This document shows positions 1 through 14,479 of a DNA stretch of 64,000 nucleotides, one piece after another. The notes under the pieces were generated by a model. That model was not told the DNA's origin. It worked only from the letters and a program-made list of their open reading frames with translations, and did not search any database. Both the position numbers and the translations under genes were made by a program. Location of the stretch: NCBI RefSeq assembly GCF_009914755.1, contig NC_060932.1. The stretch is one strand, 5' to 3'. The DNA is from the human T2T-CHM13v2.0 reference genome, Homo sapiens. The first letter of the stretch is position 1. Each line of letters begins with the position of its first letter.

Positions 1-412
1 AATGCTGTCTGGACATGGCCCTGTCCCTGGCACATATTCACTATTCAATATCCATGTCTCCACCTTCAAAGTCTTTTTTTTCATTTCAGATGAAGGTTAG
101 TTCAGGGAGGCATCAAGCTTGAGAAAAAGAGAAAAAAAAAAAAGCAGTCTGTGTAAAGCAGAATCTAAAGCAAGAAAATCAATGGATACATTTGCAAGAG
201 ATATTAACAAAGGCTGTTTTTGTTCAATTCTTAGCTAAGCAGAACATTAACCTGAACCTTCCAGTCTCAGGAAATCACCAGATTTTTAAAAAGTGTGACT
301 GGGTGCCGTGGCTCACACCTGTAATCCTAGCACTTTTGACGGGTCAAGACTGGAGGATCCTTTGAGCCCAGGAGTTTGAGAGGAGCCTGGACAACACAGC
401 GAGACCCCATCA

Positions 413-517
<105 letters not shown>

Positions 518-589
518 CTACAGCCTGGGCGACAGAGTGAGACCCTGCCTCAAAAAACAAAAAAATTTAAAAAATAAAAATAATTGTTA

Positions 590-1106
<517 letters not shown>

Positions 1107-3090
1107 TCAAGAAGAAAAAAAAAAGCCAAAGGGTATCAGTATTTCCATATCATTCCTTTAGTTTCCCTCTATAAAAAAAGTTCTTGGATTCTTGGACAGA
1201 CACGGTGGCTCATTTCTATAATTCCAGCACTTTGGAAGGCCGAGGTGGGTGGATCGGTTGAGGTCAGGAGTTCGAGACCAGCCTGGCCAACGTGGTGAAA
1301 CCTCATCTCTACAAAAAAAAAATTAGCTGGGTGTAGTGGCACACGCCTGTAGTCCCAGCTACTCAGGAGGCTGGGCAGGAGAATCGCTTGAACACGGGAG
1401 GCAGAGGTTACAGTGAGCCAAGATGGTACCACTACACTCCAGCCTGGGTGACAGCCAGACTCTGTCTCAAAAAAAAAAAAAAGCATTCTCTGTGGTTACT
1501 TTTCAAAGTATGTTTTACAAAGAAATAGACACCCTGAAGGATTCAGAGGCAGTCTATCTTTTCCTAGCCCTGCAGATTTAGTGGGTTTTGAGGCAGATGG
1601 CAAAGCAACAGTATATGAAGACTAGTACAAAAAAAGGAAGCAGTCAACAAGGTAAGTTAAAAGCCAAATTTCAACAATAGCATTTGCTTGTTTTAACTAG
1701 CCCCACCCTTTATGGCCACTCCTTTATTTGTCACTTATGAATATGGGTGGGCCCCATTCTATGAAATTCTAAACCCAGGAGACACATTAGGGTAACCTTC
1801 TATTTCGGAGGGCTATCTGTCAATATTGCAGGAACTGATGACAGAGTTCCTTTAAACTGACCTCCTTTTAGTAAATTGCATTTAATAATGCATGTTCAGG
1901 CTGGGCACGGTGGCTCATGCCTGTAATCCCAGCACTTTGAGAGGCTAAGGTGGGAGGACTGCTTGAGCTCAGGAGTTCGAGACCAGCAGTTCGAGACCAG
2001 CCTGGGCAACAAAGCAAGACCTTGTCTCTACTAAAAATTTAAAAAATCAGCCAGGGCTTGGTGGTGGCCATGTGCCTGTGGTCCTGACTACTGGGGAGAC
2101 TGAGGTGGGAGGGTCACTTGAGCTTGGGAGTTCAAGGTTGCAGTGAGCTATGATCATGCCCCTGAACTCCAGCCTGGGTGACACAATGAGACCCTGTCTC
2201 AAAAAAAAAAAAAAAGCATGTCCAGTGTTCAGCTTTATCAGGGTATAGACATCATAATATCAAAGTACACAGTATCACTTCCAAATGAGGTTATGATTTA
2301 CATGTTGCTGGGTAATTGTTTTCAGCCTAGATGAACAATGATTCACTGAGCAGCCTGCTGTTCACTGATCTTTCAAAGCCCCTACCTCTCTCTCCCCTAG
2401 GCCTCTCCAACTGCTGCTGTGCAGCATAGTTCACTGTGACTTGGCAATCATGAACTTTTGTCACATGATCAACCCTTACTACCCAACTCTCATTGGTAAG
2501 TACTACTCGCCAAAACCACAAGAACCTAGTTATTCTTATCACAGAATCAGTACACTCAGCAGGAACCCAGGACCGCAAGTTCCCCAGGCCCTGGGGCAAA
2601 GGGAGCAGCAATTTAGAAACAACTTTTCCTTAAGCTGACTCTCCCATCACATGTGTAGGCAGAGAAGCGAACCACAGAGGCAAAGCTCCCAGAAGGCTCT
2701 AATTCACCTTGACTTTGGGCGATCTTTGCATTTCTCTCCAGTCTACACGAGATCATGAGATAAGCAATATACTTAACCTTTTGGAGACTTGAAATGCTGA
2801 ATTCAAGCAAGGCTCAGTGGTATCTACCTGCAGAACCAGCTAGTCGGGAGGTTGAGGTGGGAGGATCGCTTGAGCCCAGGAGTTTGAGGCTACAGTGAGC
2901 TGAGATCACACCACTGCCCTCCAGCCTGGGAAACAGAGGGAGACCCTGTCTCTTAAAAATGAAACAACATGCCAGACGCGGTGGCTCATACTTGTAATCC
3001 CAGCACTTTGGGAGGCCGAGGCGGGTGGATCACTTTAGGTCAGGAGTTCGGGATCAGCCTGGCCAACATGGTGAAACCTCATCTCTACTA

Positions 3091-3411
<321 letters not shown>

Positions 3412-4107
3412 CTAGACACACATTCTAATTTGAACCTTCCGTGTGAGTTCATTCACCACAACTTTAAAACTTCCCCAAGCGTTAGAAATTAATGGATTTT
3501 ATTTAGGAAAGAACTCATGGGAGAACCAATCTTAAACTTCTGCCGTGCACAGTGGCTCACGCCTGTAATCCTAACACTTTCGGAGACCAAAGCAGGAGGA
3601 TTGCTTGAGTCCAGGAGTTCAATACCAGCCTAGGCAATGTAGTGAGACCCTATCTCTATAAACTGAAAGGAAAAGAAAAAGAAAAAGACAGAAAGACAAA
3701 CTTCTATTGGGCATCGCCAAGGGTGAGATCTCAATCCTATGGCTTACCACAAAACTACTTTCACTGAGTCACTGGTTTGCTCAAACCCGCCCCTGCCCCC
3801 ATAGTTCACTGTGTGTCCAGAAACTCCACATTTTTCAAACCACAACCTACCCATCAGCTTCTCATCTCTTATTTCTATTAAAGAGACACTCTGTGCTCCA
3901 AATTTGATTACACAACATATCCCGTTTTGATGCCTAGGCCTGGGACCCATCTTTTGAGGTTCCGAATGTCAAAGAATACTACCCAACCCCCCACCTTTTT
4001 TTTTTTTTTTTTTTTTTTTTGAGACAGAGTCTCACTCTGTTGCCCACACTGGAGTGCAGAGGCATGATCTTGGCTCACTGCAACCTCTGCCTCCTGGGCT
4101 CAAGTGA

Positions 4108-4341
<234 letters not shown>

Positions 4342-4871
4342 TAAAGTAAAAGTGAAAAGCAGGAGTAGAGGAGATAAGGCTATGACATGGGATTGTGAAA
4401 TTACAGCTGTCTGTTTGGGAACAAAAGGAAAAGCAGTATTTGTGTGATTCAGTTCCCAAGCTGAACTTTCCTTCTGGCATACTTTGGGGTTCCAATATTT
4501 TTTTCTTTCACAACCACAAAATTCCTTAAGGGAAGGGACATGTCTCACAAATGTTTATATCTATCGTTTTCTCCCTACCCACCCCCAATCCCAGCACTTA
4601 AAATACAAAAAATGGGACAGGAGTGGTGGCTGATGCCTGTAATCCCAGCATTTTGGGAGGCCAAGGCAGGCCGACTGCTTAAGCACAGGCATAAGAGACC
4701 AGTTTGGGCAACATGGCAAAACCCTGTTTCTAAAAAACAATAAATAAAATAAAAACAGGCCAGGCGTGGTGGCTCACGCCTGTAATCCCAGCACTTTGGG
4801 AGGCGGAGGTGAGCGGATCACAAGGTCAGGAGTTCAAGACCAGCCTGGCTCTACTAAAAATACAAAAGTTA

Positions 4872-5398
<527 letters not shown>

Positions 5399-6387
5399 TT
5401 ATAACATAAGTAGAGAAAGAGGAAGACAGAGAAAATGTGGAGAGCAGAACAGAAGTGAGAAGTGATCAAGTACTCTCATGAGGTGTGGGAGGGGGGCACT
5501 TAGTGGCACCCCACAATCTGCCTTCTGGAGAGACAGATTTCTAACCTTCTGTCTGGACTATGGTGTCAAAGTGCAAGTTGATAATTAACAGAGATTTTTC
5601 CTTTCTCTTCATCTCCATGTTCATCTCCAAGGCACTGAACAATGAAGTCAACCTTTTCATAACTGTCCATTTTTAGTTTCATTCATTGCACAAGTGCTTA
5701 TTGAGCAAGGGATTTTAAGGTGATAAGAGACACACAAACACAGAAGCCCATCCCTGTCCTTAAAGAGCTCCCAATTTGACATAATTTAAATATTCATCTC
5801 CAAAGGAATTTAGAGAACCTATCCCAAATCCCAGGTTCCTCTTGGATACAGCATTTTAATCGTCAACACCCAAATCTTGTGATAGAAAAGGGCGGGCACA
5901 CCAATAACTTGGAAACAACATTTATTTTTAGAATGAGTGCAGTGGCTCAGGCTTGTAATCCCAGCACTTTGGGAGGCTGAGGCGGGAAGATCGGTTGAGT
6001 CCAAGAGGTTGAAATCAGCAAGGGCAACATAGCGAGACCCCCATCTCTACAAAAAATAATAATAATTAACTAGGCGTGGTGATTAGCCCCCTGTAGTTCC
6101 AGCTACTCAGGAGGCCAAGGTGAGAGGATCCCTTGAGCCCGGGAGTTCGAGGCTGCAGTGAGCTATGATGGCCACTGCACTCTAGCCTAGGTGACAGGGC
6201 AAGACCCTGTCTCAAAAAACAAACACAAACAAAAACCCTTATTTTCAAAAATTATGAATTTTGTAAATCTCAGGATTTACATCCCTCTGTTTTTAGTTTT
6301 GCAATCCACATAAAACCAAGACAAAACAAAAGCTCTGAGAACTCACCTACTCAAGGTCGCCTTGGCTGCAATTCAGATCACCCGAAA

Positions 6388-6474
6388 ATCCCAAAGCCCA
6401 GGCTGCACTTCAGACCAATTAAGTCGGGAAACATCCCAAAGCCCAAGTGCACCTCAGACCAATTAAGTCGGGAA
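6388..6474. repeat. ~44-bp tandem duplication in GSR intron 1
   Basis: ATCCCAAAGCCCA..TGCAC.TCAGACCAATTAAGTCGGGAA occurs at 6388 and 6433. Confidence 0.9.
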
Positions 6475-6719
6475 TCCAGGCACCCTCAGGTGATTCGAAT
6501 GTGTAGCCAAGGTTGACAACAACCGCTATAAATCATTCTGCCCTTGAAACGGGAGAACCAGGATCTACATTTTTCAAGAACCAGGATCTATGGCACCGTC
6601 ACCCTCGTCCCTACACACAGGCCACCAGCAATGTTCCCAGATGCAGTTTTGTGTTTCACGCGGTCAAGAACAGAATCCAATCCTCTCCCACTTGGACAAG
6701 TGAGGATGGAGGAAGGTTA

Positions 6720-7376
<657 letters not shown>

Positions 7377-7381
7377 TCACG

Positions 7382-7392
7382 GTGACTAAGCA
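7382..7392 (+). promoter_or_regulatory. Antioxidant response element (NRF2/sMAF)
   Basis: GTGACTAAGCA matches RTGACnnnGCA exactly, about 93 bp upstream of the GSR ATG; GSR is an established NRF2 target. Confidence 0.8.
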
Positions 7393-7720
7393 TGCGCCCG
7401 CCGCTAGGCAAGACCCAGGAGGATGCCCAGAGGCGGGGCCGCCTCCCAGTTCCCCGCCCCGGTGGCGGAGCCTGAGGGGTTTCTCCGCCTCCGTTCTCAC
7501 CCCGGCCCCTGGATCCCGAGCGGCGCCTGCCGCGTGTAGCCTTCTGAAGTCCGGTGGATCGAGGCGAGGAACGGTGAACGTCCTCTCGTTTCAGCTGGCT
7601 TTTCCCGAGCTGGCCCCCTGGGGAGTTGCCAGTGGCACGGCTTCTCCAGGAAGAGAAATTTGCCTCTATTCGAAGGGTTGTTTGTCCAGGTTTGTTCCAG
7701 AGACCACTTTTGTTTGTTCT

Positions 7721-8033
7721 TGCTTTTTCTTTGAGACTGGGTCTCACTCTCCCCCAGGCAGGGGTGCAGTGATGCGATCTCTGCTCACTGCAGCCTCCAC
7801 CTACTGTGCTCAAGCAGCGATCCTCCCTCCTCAGCCTTCCCGGTAGCTGGGAACTACAGGTGCCCGCCACAGCGCCCAGCTAATTTATTTATTTATTTAT
7901 TTAATTTTTTTTTTATTTTTTTTATTATTTTTATTTTTTTTTTAGAAATAGGGTCTCACTATGTTACCAGGACTGGTAGGGAACTCTTGGCCTCAAGCGA
8001 TTCTCTCACCTCGGCCTCCCAAAATGCTAGGAT
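7721..8033 (-). mobile_element. Old Alu (AluJ-like) interrupted by HERV-E; its 5' tip resumes at 13126-13151
   Basis: Antisense Alu ends ...CCCAAAATGCTAGGAT at the LTR start; ACAGATGCCAGCCACCGTGCCCAGCC follows the end of pol. Confidence 0.8.
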
Positions 8034-8532
8034 TATGGTATGAGGTCACCACTTCTCCTGTTGTCCTTCTCAGTTTCTCCCCAACCTCCCCTTTTCCCTA
8101 GTTTATAAGACAGGAGAAAAGGGAGAAAGCAAAAAGTTGGAAAGAAACAGAAGTAAGATAAATAGCTAGACGACCTTGGCACCACCACCTGGCCCTGGTG
8201 GCTAAGATAATAATAATATTATTAACCCCTGACCAAAACTATTGGTGTTATCTGTAAATTCCAGACATTGTATGAGAAAGCACTGTAAAACTTTTTGTTC
8301 TGTTAGCTGATGTATATAGCCCCTAGTCACGTTTCCCACGCTTACTTGATCTATTATGATTTTTTCACGTAGACCCCTTAGAGTTGTAAGCCCTTAAAAG
8401 GGCTAGGAATTTCTTTTTCGGAGAGCTCGGCTCTCAAGACGCGGGTCTGCCAACGCTCCTGGCCGAATAAAAAACCTCTTCCTGCTTTAATCTGGTGTCT
8501 GAGGAGTTTTGTCTGTGACTCATCCTGCTATA
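8034..8532 (+). mobile_element. HERV-E 5' LTR (LTR2 family, 4-1/LTR2C-like)
   Basis: Starts TATGGTATGAGGTCACCACTTCTCCTG (matches the HERV-E 4-1 LTR as I recall it); TATA-like CTTAAAAG near 8393; AATAAA at 8466-8471; ends CCTGCTATA just before the PBS. Confidence 0.88.
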
Positions 8533-8537
8533 TTTCT

Positions 8538-8555
8538 TGGTTCCCTGACTGGGAA
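8538..8555 (+). other. Primer binding site complementary to tRNA-Glu
   Basis: TGGTTCCCTGACTGGGAA is 17/18 identical to the reverse complement of the tRNA-Glu(CTC) 3' end (TGGTTCCCTGACCGGGAA). Confidence 0.92.
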
Positions 8556-9079
8556 GCGAGGTAATTGACGGACAGTCGAGGCAGCCCCTTAGGGGGCTTA
8601 GGCCTGCCCTGTGGAGCATCCCTGCGGGGAACTCCCGCCAGCTTGAGCGACGCGGATCCTGCGAGCGCTCCTGGGTAGGCAATTGCCCCGGTGGAACGCC
8701 TAGTCAGAGCAGTGCGTGGCAGGCCCCCGTGGAGTATCAACGCAGTGGCTGAACACCGGGAAGGAACAGGCACTTGGAGTCCGGACATTTGAAACTTGGT
8801 AAGACTGGTCTTCGGAACTTGCCCACTCCATTTGAGTGGAAGCATGGCCTGATCACCCACGGCGTGCCTGTACTGGCACTTTGGTTTTTGTTTTTGACTT
8901 GACTTGAATTGCTTGACACTTTGGTTTTGGTTTGACCTGGCTTGGATTACTGGATACTCTGATTTTGGTTTTGATTCTGGTTTGGTGAAAACTGAAAAAG
9001 TGCGTGTGTGCCCTTTTTACCCATTCTTTGTTTTGTGGTGTGCGTTTGGTGTGAGCTTGGTGTTTTGTCTTGAGGAAAC

Positions 9080-10668
9080 ACAGGTCAGACACAAAATAAG
9101 CCTACTCCTCTAGGAACTATGTTGAAAAATTTTAAGAAGGGATTTAATGGCGACTATGGGGTTACTATGACACCAGGGAAACTTAGAACTTTGTGTGAAA
9201 TAGATTGGCCAACATTAGAAGTGGGTTGGCCATCAGAAGGAAGCCTGGACAGGTCCCTTGTTTCTAAGGTATGGCACAAGGTAACTGGTAAGTCAGGACA
9301 CTCAGACCAGTTTCCATACATAGACACTTGGTTACCACAGTGGGTAAGAGGGCAGGCAGCAGCAGTGCTAGTAGCAAAGGGACAGATAGTCAAGGAAGGA
9401 TCCCGCTCCACCCACCGAGGGAAATCAACTCCTGAAGTTCTGTTCGACCCAACATCAGATGATCCATTGCAGGAGATGGCAAAAGTCATCCCAGTGGTGC
9501 CCTCCCCTTACCAGGGAGAGAGGCTCCCCACTTTTGAGTCCACAGTGCTTGTGCCTCCGCAAGACAAACATATCCCTAGGCCACCCAGAGTAGACAAGAG
9601 AGGAGGTGAAGCCTCAGGAGAAACCCCTCCCTTGGCAGCTCGTTTAAGACCCAAAACGGGGATACAAATGTCCTTGAGAGAGCAGCGGTATACTGGAATA
9701 GATGAGGATGGGCACATGGCGGAGAGGCGTGTTTTTGTGTGCCAGCCCTTCACCTCTGCCGACCTTCTCAACTGGAAAAACAATACCCCGTCCTGTACTG
9801 AAAAGCCACAAGCTCTAATTGATTTGCTCCAAACTATTATCCAGACCCATAACCCCACTTGGGCTGATTGCCACCAGTTGCTCATGTTCCTCTTTAACAC
9901 AGATGAAAGGCGGAGAGTGCTCCAAGCAGCAACTAAGTGGCTAGGGGAACATGCACCGGCTGATTACCAAAACCCCCAAGAGTATGTAAGGACCCAGTTA
10001 CCGGGAACCGACCCCCAGTGGGACCCAAATGAAAGAGAGGATATGCAAAGGCTAAACCGATACAGGGAAGCTCTCTTAGAAGGATTAGAGGGGAGCCCAG
10101 AAGGCCACAAACGTTAATAAGTTCTCTGAGGTCATTCAGGGAAAAGAAGAAAGTCCAGCACAATTCTACGAGAGACTGTGTGAGGCCTCACACATGTATA
10201 CTCCCTTTGATCCCGATAGCCCTGAAAATCAACGCATGATTAACATGGCTTTAGTTAGTCAAAGCGCAGAAGACATTAGAAGAAAACTGCAGAAACAGGC
10301 TGGGTTTGCAGGGATGAACACATCACAATTATTAGAAATAGCTAACCAGGTGTTTGTAAACAGGGATGCAGTAAGCCGTAAGGAAAACCGCAGAGAGAAT
10401 GAACGTCAGGCCCGGCGAAATGCCGAGCTGTTAGCTGCAGCAATTAGAGGGATCTCCCACAAAAAGGCAAGGGAAGGGGGGCCCCGGGAAAGAAACTCAG
10501 CCTGGCTGTCAGAGCTTGCAGCGTAATCAGTGTGCTTATTGTAAAGAAATAGGACATTGGAAGAACAAATGCCCTCAGCTAAAAGGAAAACAAGGTGACT
10601 CGGAGCAGGAGGCTCCAGACAAGGAGGAAGGGGCCCTGCTCAACCTGGCAGAAGGGTTATTGGACTGA
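9080..10668 (+). pseudogene. gag: HERV-E gag, disrupted
   Basis: ORF 9119-10117 (MA/CA: LCEIDWP, PFTSADLLNWK, THNPTWADC); frameshift near 10090; MHR (QGKEESPAQFYERL); ORF 10194-10526; second shift before the CCHC knuckle CAYCKEIGHWKNKC at about 10531-10573; stop TGA at 10666-10668. The presumed M-G start reads ACA-GGT at 9080. Confidence 0.9.
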
Positions 10669-13128
10669 GGGGGACCGGGCTCAAGGACTCCCAAAGAGCC
10701 TATGGTCAGGATGACAGTTGGGGGTAAAGACATTGATTTTCTTATAGATACCGGTGCTGAACATTCGGTAGTAACCGGCCCAGTCGCCCCCTTATCCAAA
10801 AAGACTATTGACATCATCGGAGCCATGGGAGTTTCAGCAAAACAAGCTTTCTGCTTGCCCCGGACTTGTACTGTAGGAAGACATAAAGTGATTCATCAGT
10901 TTTTGTACATGCCTGATTATCCCTTGCCCTTGTTGAGAAGGGACTTGCTTAGCAAACTGAGAGCCACTATCTCTTTTACAGAGCACGGCTCTTTGCTGCT
11001 AAAGTTACCCGGAACGGGAGTCATTATGACCCTTACGGTCCCCCGAGAGGAGGAATGGAGACTTTTGTTAACTGAGCCGGGCCAAGAGATAAGACCAGCT
11101 CTGGCTAAGCGGTGGCCAAGAGTGTGGGCGGAAGACAACCTCCAGGGTTGGCAGTCAACGAAGCCCCCGTACTTATAGAAGTTAAGCCCGGGGCCCAGCC
11201 GGTTAGGCAAAAACAGTACCTGGTCCCCAGAGAAGCTCTTGAAGGTATCCAGGTCCATCTCAAGCACCTAAGAACCTTTGGAATTATAGTTCCTTGTCAG
11301 TCTCCATGGAACACTCCCCTCCTGCCTGTTCCCAAGCCTGGGACCAAGGACTACAGGCTGGTACAGGATTTGCGCTTGGTTAATCAGGCTACAGTGACTT
11401 TACATCCAACAGTACCTAACCCGTACATATTGCTGGGGTTGCTGCCAGCTGAGGACAGCTGGTTCACCTGCTTGGACCTGAAAGACGCTTTCTTTAGCAT
11501 CAGATTAGCCCCTGAGAGGCAGAAGCTGTTTGCCTTTCAGTGGGAAGATCCGGAGTCAGGTGTCACTACTCAGTACACTTGGACCTGGCTTCCCCAAGGG
11601 TTCAAGAACTCCCCCACCATCTTCGGGGAGGCATTGGCTCGAGACCTCCAGAAGTTTCCCACCAGAGACCTAGGCTGCGTGTTGCTCCAGTACGTTGATG
11701 ACCTTTTGCTGGGACACCCCACGGCAGTCGGGTGCGCCAAGAGAACAGATGCTCTACTCCGGCACCTGGAGGACTGTGGGTATAAGGTGTCCAAGAAAAA
11801 AAGCTCAGATCTGCCAACAGCAGGTACGTTACTTGGGATTTACTATCCGACGGGGAGTGCAGCCTGGGATCAGAAAGAAAGCAGGTCATTTGTAATCTAC
11901 CGGAGCCTAAGACCAGAAGGCAGGTGAGAGAATTCTTAGGGGCTGTGGGGTTTTGCAGACTGTGGATCCCAAACTTTGCAGTATTAGCTAAGCCTTTGTA
12001 TGAGGTCACAAAGGGGGAGGGGACCGGGAACCTTTTGAATGGGGATCCCAGCAACAGCAAGCCTTTCATGAGTTAAAGGAAAGACTTATGTCAGCCCCAG
12101 CCCTGGGGCTACCCGATCTGACAAAGCCTTTTACATTGTATGTGTCAGAGAGAGAAAAGATGGCAGTTGGGAGTTTTAACCCAAACTGTGGGGCCCTGGC
12201 CGAGGCCGGTGGCCTACCTCTCTAAACAACTAGACGGGGTTTTTAAAGGATGGCCCCCATGTTTGAGGGCCTTGGCAGCAACTGCCCTGCTAGTACAAGA
12301 AGCAGATAAGCTGACTCTTGGGCAAAACCGGAACATAAAGGCCCCCCATGCTGTGGTGACTTTAATGAATACTAAAGGACATCATTGGCTAATGAGTGCT
12401 AGACTCACTAAGTACCAAAGTTTGCTTTGTGAAAATCCCCGTATAACCACTGAAGTTTGTAACACCCTGAACCCCGCTACCTTGTTCCCAGTATCAGAGA
12501 GCCCTGTTGAGCATGACTGTGTAGAAGTGTTGGACTCAGTTTACTCTAGCAGACCTGACCTCCGGGACCAGCCTTGGGCATCAGTAGACTGGGAACTATA
12601 CGTGGATGGGAGCAGCTTTATCAACCCACAAGGAGAGAGATTTGCAGGGTATGCGGTGGTAACTCTGGACACTGTTGTTGAAGCCAGATCGTTGCCCCAG
12701 GGCACTTCAGCTCAGAAAGCTGAACTCATTGCTTTAATTCGGGCCTTAGAACTCAGTGAAGGTAAGACTGTAAACATTTACACTGACTCTTGATATGCCT
12801 TTTTAACCCTTCAAGTGCATGGAGCATTATATAAAGAAAAGGGCCTATTGAACTCTGGGGGAAAAGACATAAAATATCAACAAGAAATCTTGCAATTATT
12901 AGAAGCAGTATGGAAACCCCACAAGGTGGCAGTTATACATTGCAGAGGACACCAGCGAGCTTCCACCTTGGTGGGTTTGGGGAATTCCCACGCTGACTTA
13001 GAGGCTCGAAAAGCAGCATCTGCCCCCTTCCGGGCATCAGTGACAGCCCCCCTGCTCCCTCAAGCACCTGATCTTGTACCTACTTATTCTAAAGAGGAAA
13101 AGGACTTTCTCCAGGCAGAGGGAGGACA
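10669..13128 (+). pseudogene. pol: HERV-E pro-pol (protease, RT, RNase H), disrupted and truncated before integrase
   Basis: FLIDTGA protease motif; SPWNTP, LPQGFKNSP and YVDD RT motifs; YVDGSS, AQKAELIAL and NIYTDS RNase H motifs; several frameshifts and a TGA at 12791-12793. Confidence 0.93.
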
Positions 13129-14479
13129 GATGCCAGCCACCGTGCCCAGCCTTATTTTTCTTTTAAAGTCAGGGGTCTCAAACTCCTTTCCTAGGCTCAA
13201 GAGATCCTCTGGCCTCAGCCTCCCGAGTAGCTGGGATTACAGGTGTGCATGTGCCCAGCTAGGAACTACATTTTGACCAACACTGTCTCTTGCCTTCAGG
13301 TGACTCTTAAATTTGAGAAACATTGGAATAGTGGATTAATTCGGAGTAGCGGTTTTTGTGATCCACAGATGAAGCACAGAGAAAAGGATAGAGATGGAGA
13401 CACAAAAACATTGATCTCCCAAGCTGTAGAGACTGGGTCTCCTTTGGGAATATCTACAACTACCAACTGCACAACAAAGTAGTAAGTGCAGCTTCGAATT
13501 TGTCTTGTGGTAGGCCACGATCCTGTGCCCACAAGGACAGTGCACAGGTCATCCGAGCACACGGCTGAGCCCGGTAGGCAAAGGAAGGAAGGTCCAGGTC
13601 ACAGGGCAGCGAGGCCCAGCACAATGAAGGAGAATGGAAACACACCACACCTCAATTAGAATGGGATCCAATTCTTTTACAAAAATTTTTTTCTGATTAC
13701 AAAATTTAAGGGAAAAAGGGAAAGTTCTTCCTTCCTACAGACTGACATGTAATAAATGGAGATGGAACACACAAAAATCACCATTTTGGGCTGGGTGCAG
13801 TAGCTCACACTTGTAATCCCAGCACTTTGGGAGGCTGAGGCAGGAAGACCCCTTAAGCCCACGAGTTCGAGACCAACCTGAGCAACATAGGGGAGTTCCT
13901 CATATCCACAAAAAAATTAAAAATTAGCTGGGTGTGGTGGCATACACCTGTAGTCCTGGCTACTCTGGAGGGTAAGGTGAAAGGATCACTTGAGCCCAGG
14001 AATTCAAGGTTACAGTGAGCTATGATTGCACCACTGCACTCCAGCTTGGGTGACAGAATGAGACACTATCTCTTAAAAAAAAAAAAAATTTCTTTCAAAC
14101 ACTAGAGGATGCCAGGCACAGTGGCTCATGCCTGTAATCCCAGCACTCTGGGAAGGGAAGCCACAGAAGGAGGATCACTGTATTCTAGGAGTTCGAGACC
14201 AGCGTACGCAACATAGTAAGACCTGGTCTCTACAAAAAAATTAAAAATTAGTCAGGTGTGGTGGTGCACACCTGTAGCCCCAGCTACTCAGGAGGCTGAG
14301 GTAGCAGATGACTTGAGCCCGGGGCGTTGAGGCTGTGGTGAAATGTGATCACACCACTGTATTCCAGCCTGAGCAACAGAGTGAGACCGTGTCTCAAAAA
14401 AAACCCCACTGGACAAACGTAGGTGATTTCTATGAAGACATTATGAAATATTTCTCAAAATAATAAACCCATAATTAAT

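Larger units (their letters stand above)
8034..13128 (+). mobile_element. HERV-E provirus, 3'-truncated (5' LTR, gag, pro, RT, RNase H; lacks IN, env and 3' LTR)
   Basis: LTR2-family LTR, tRNA-Glu PBS, and gammaretroviral Gag, protease, RT and RNase H motifs in the correct order, with frameshifts and stops. Confidence 0.93.

Noticed and set aside
12815-13276. 153-aa RNase H-Alu chimeric ORF
   Set aside because: GTG start after an in-frame stop; it simply runs from decayed pol into Alu sequence.
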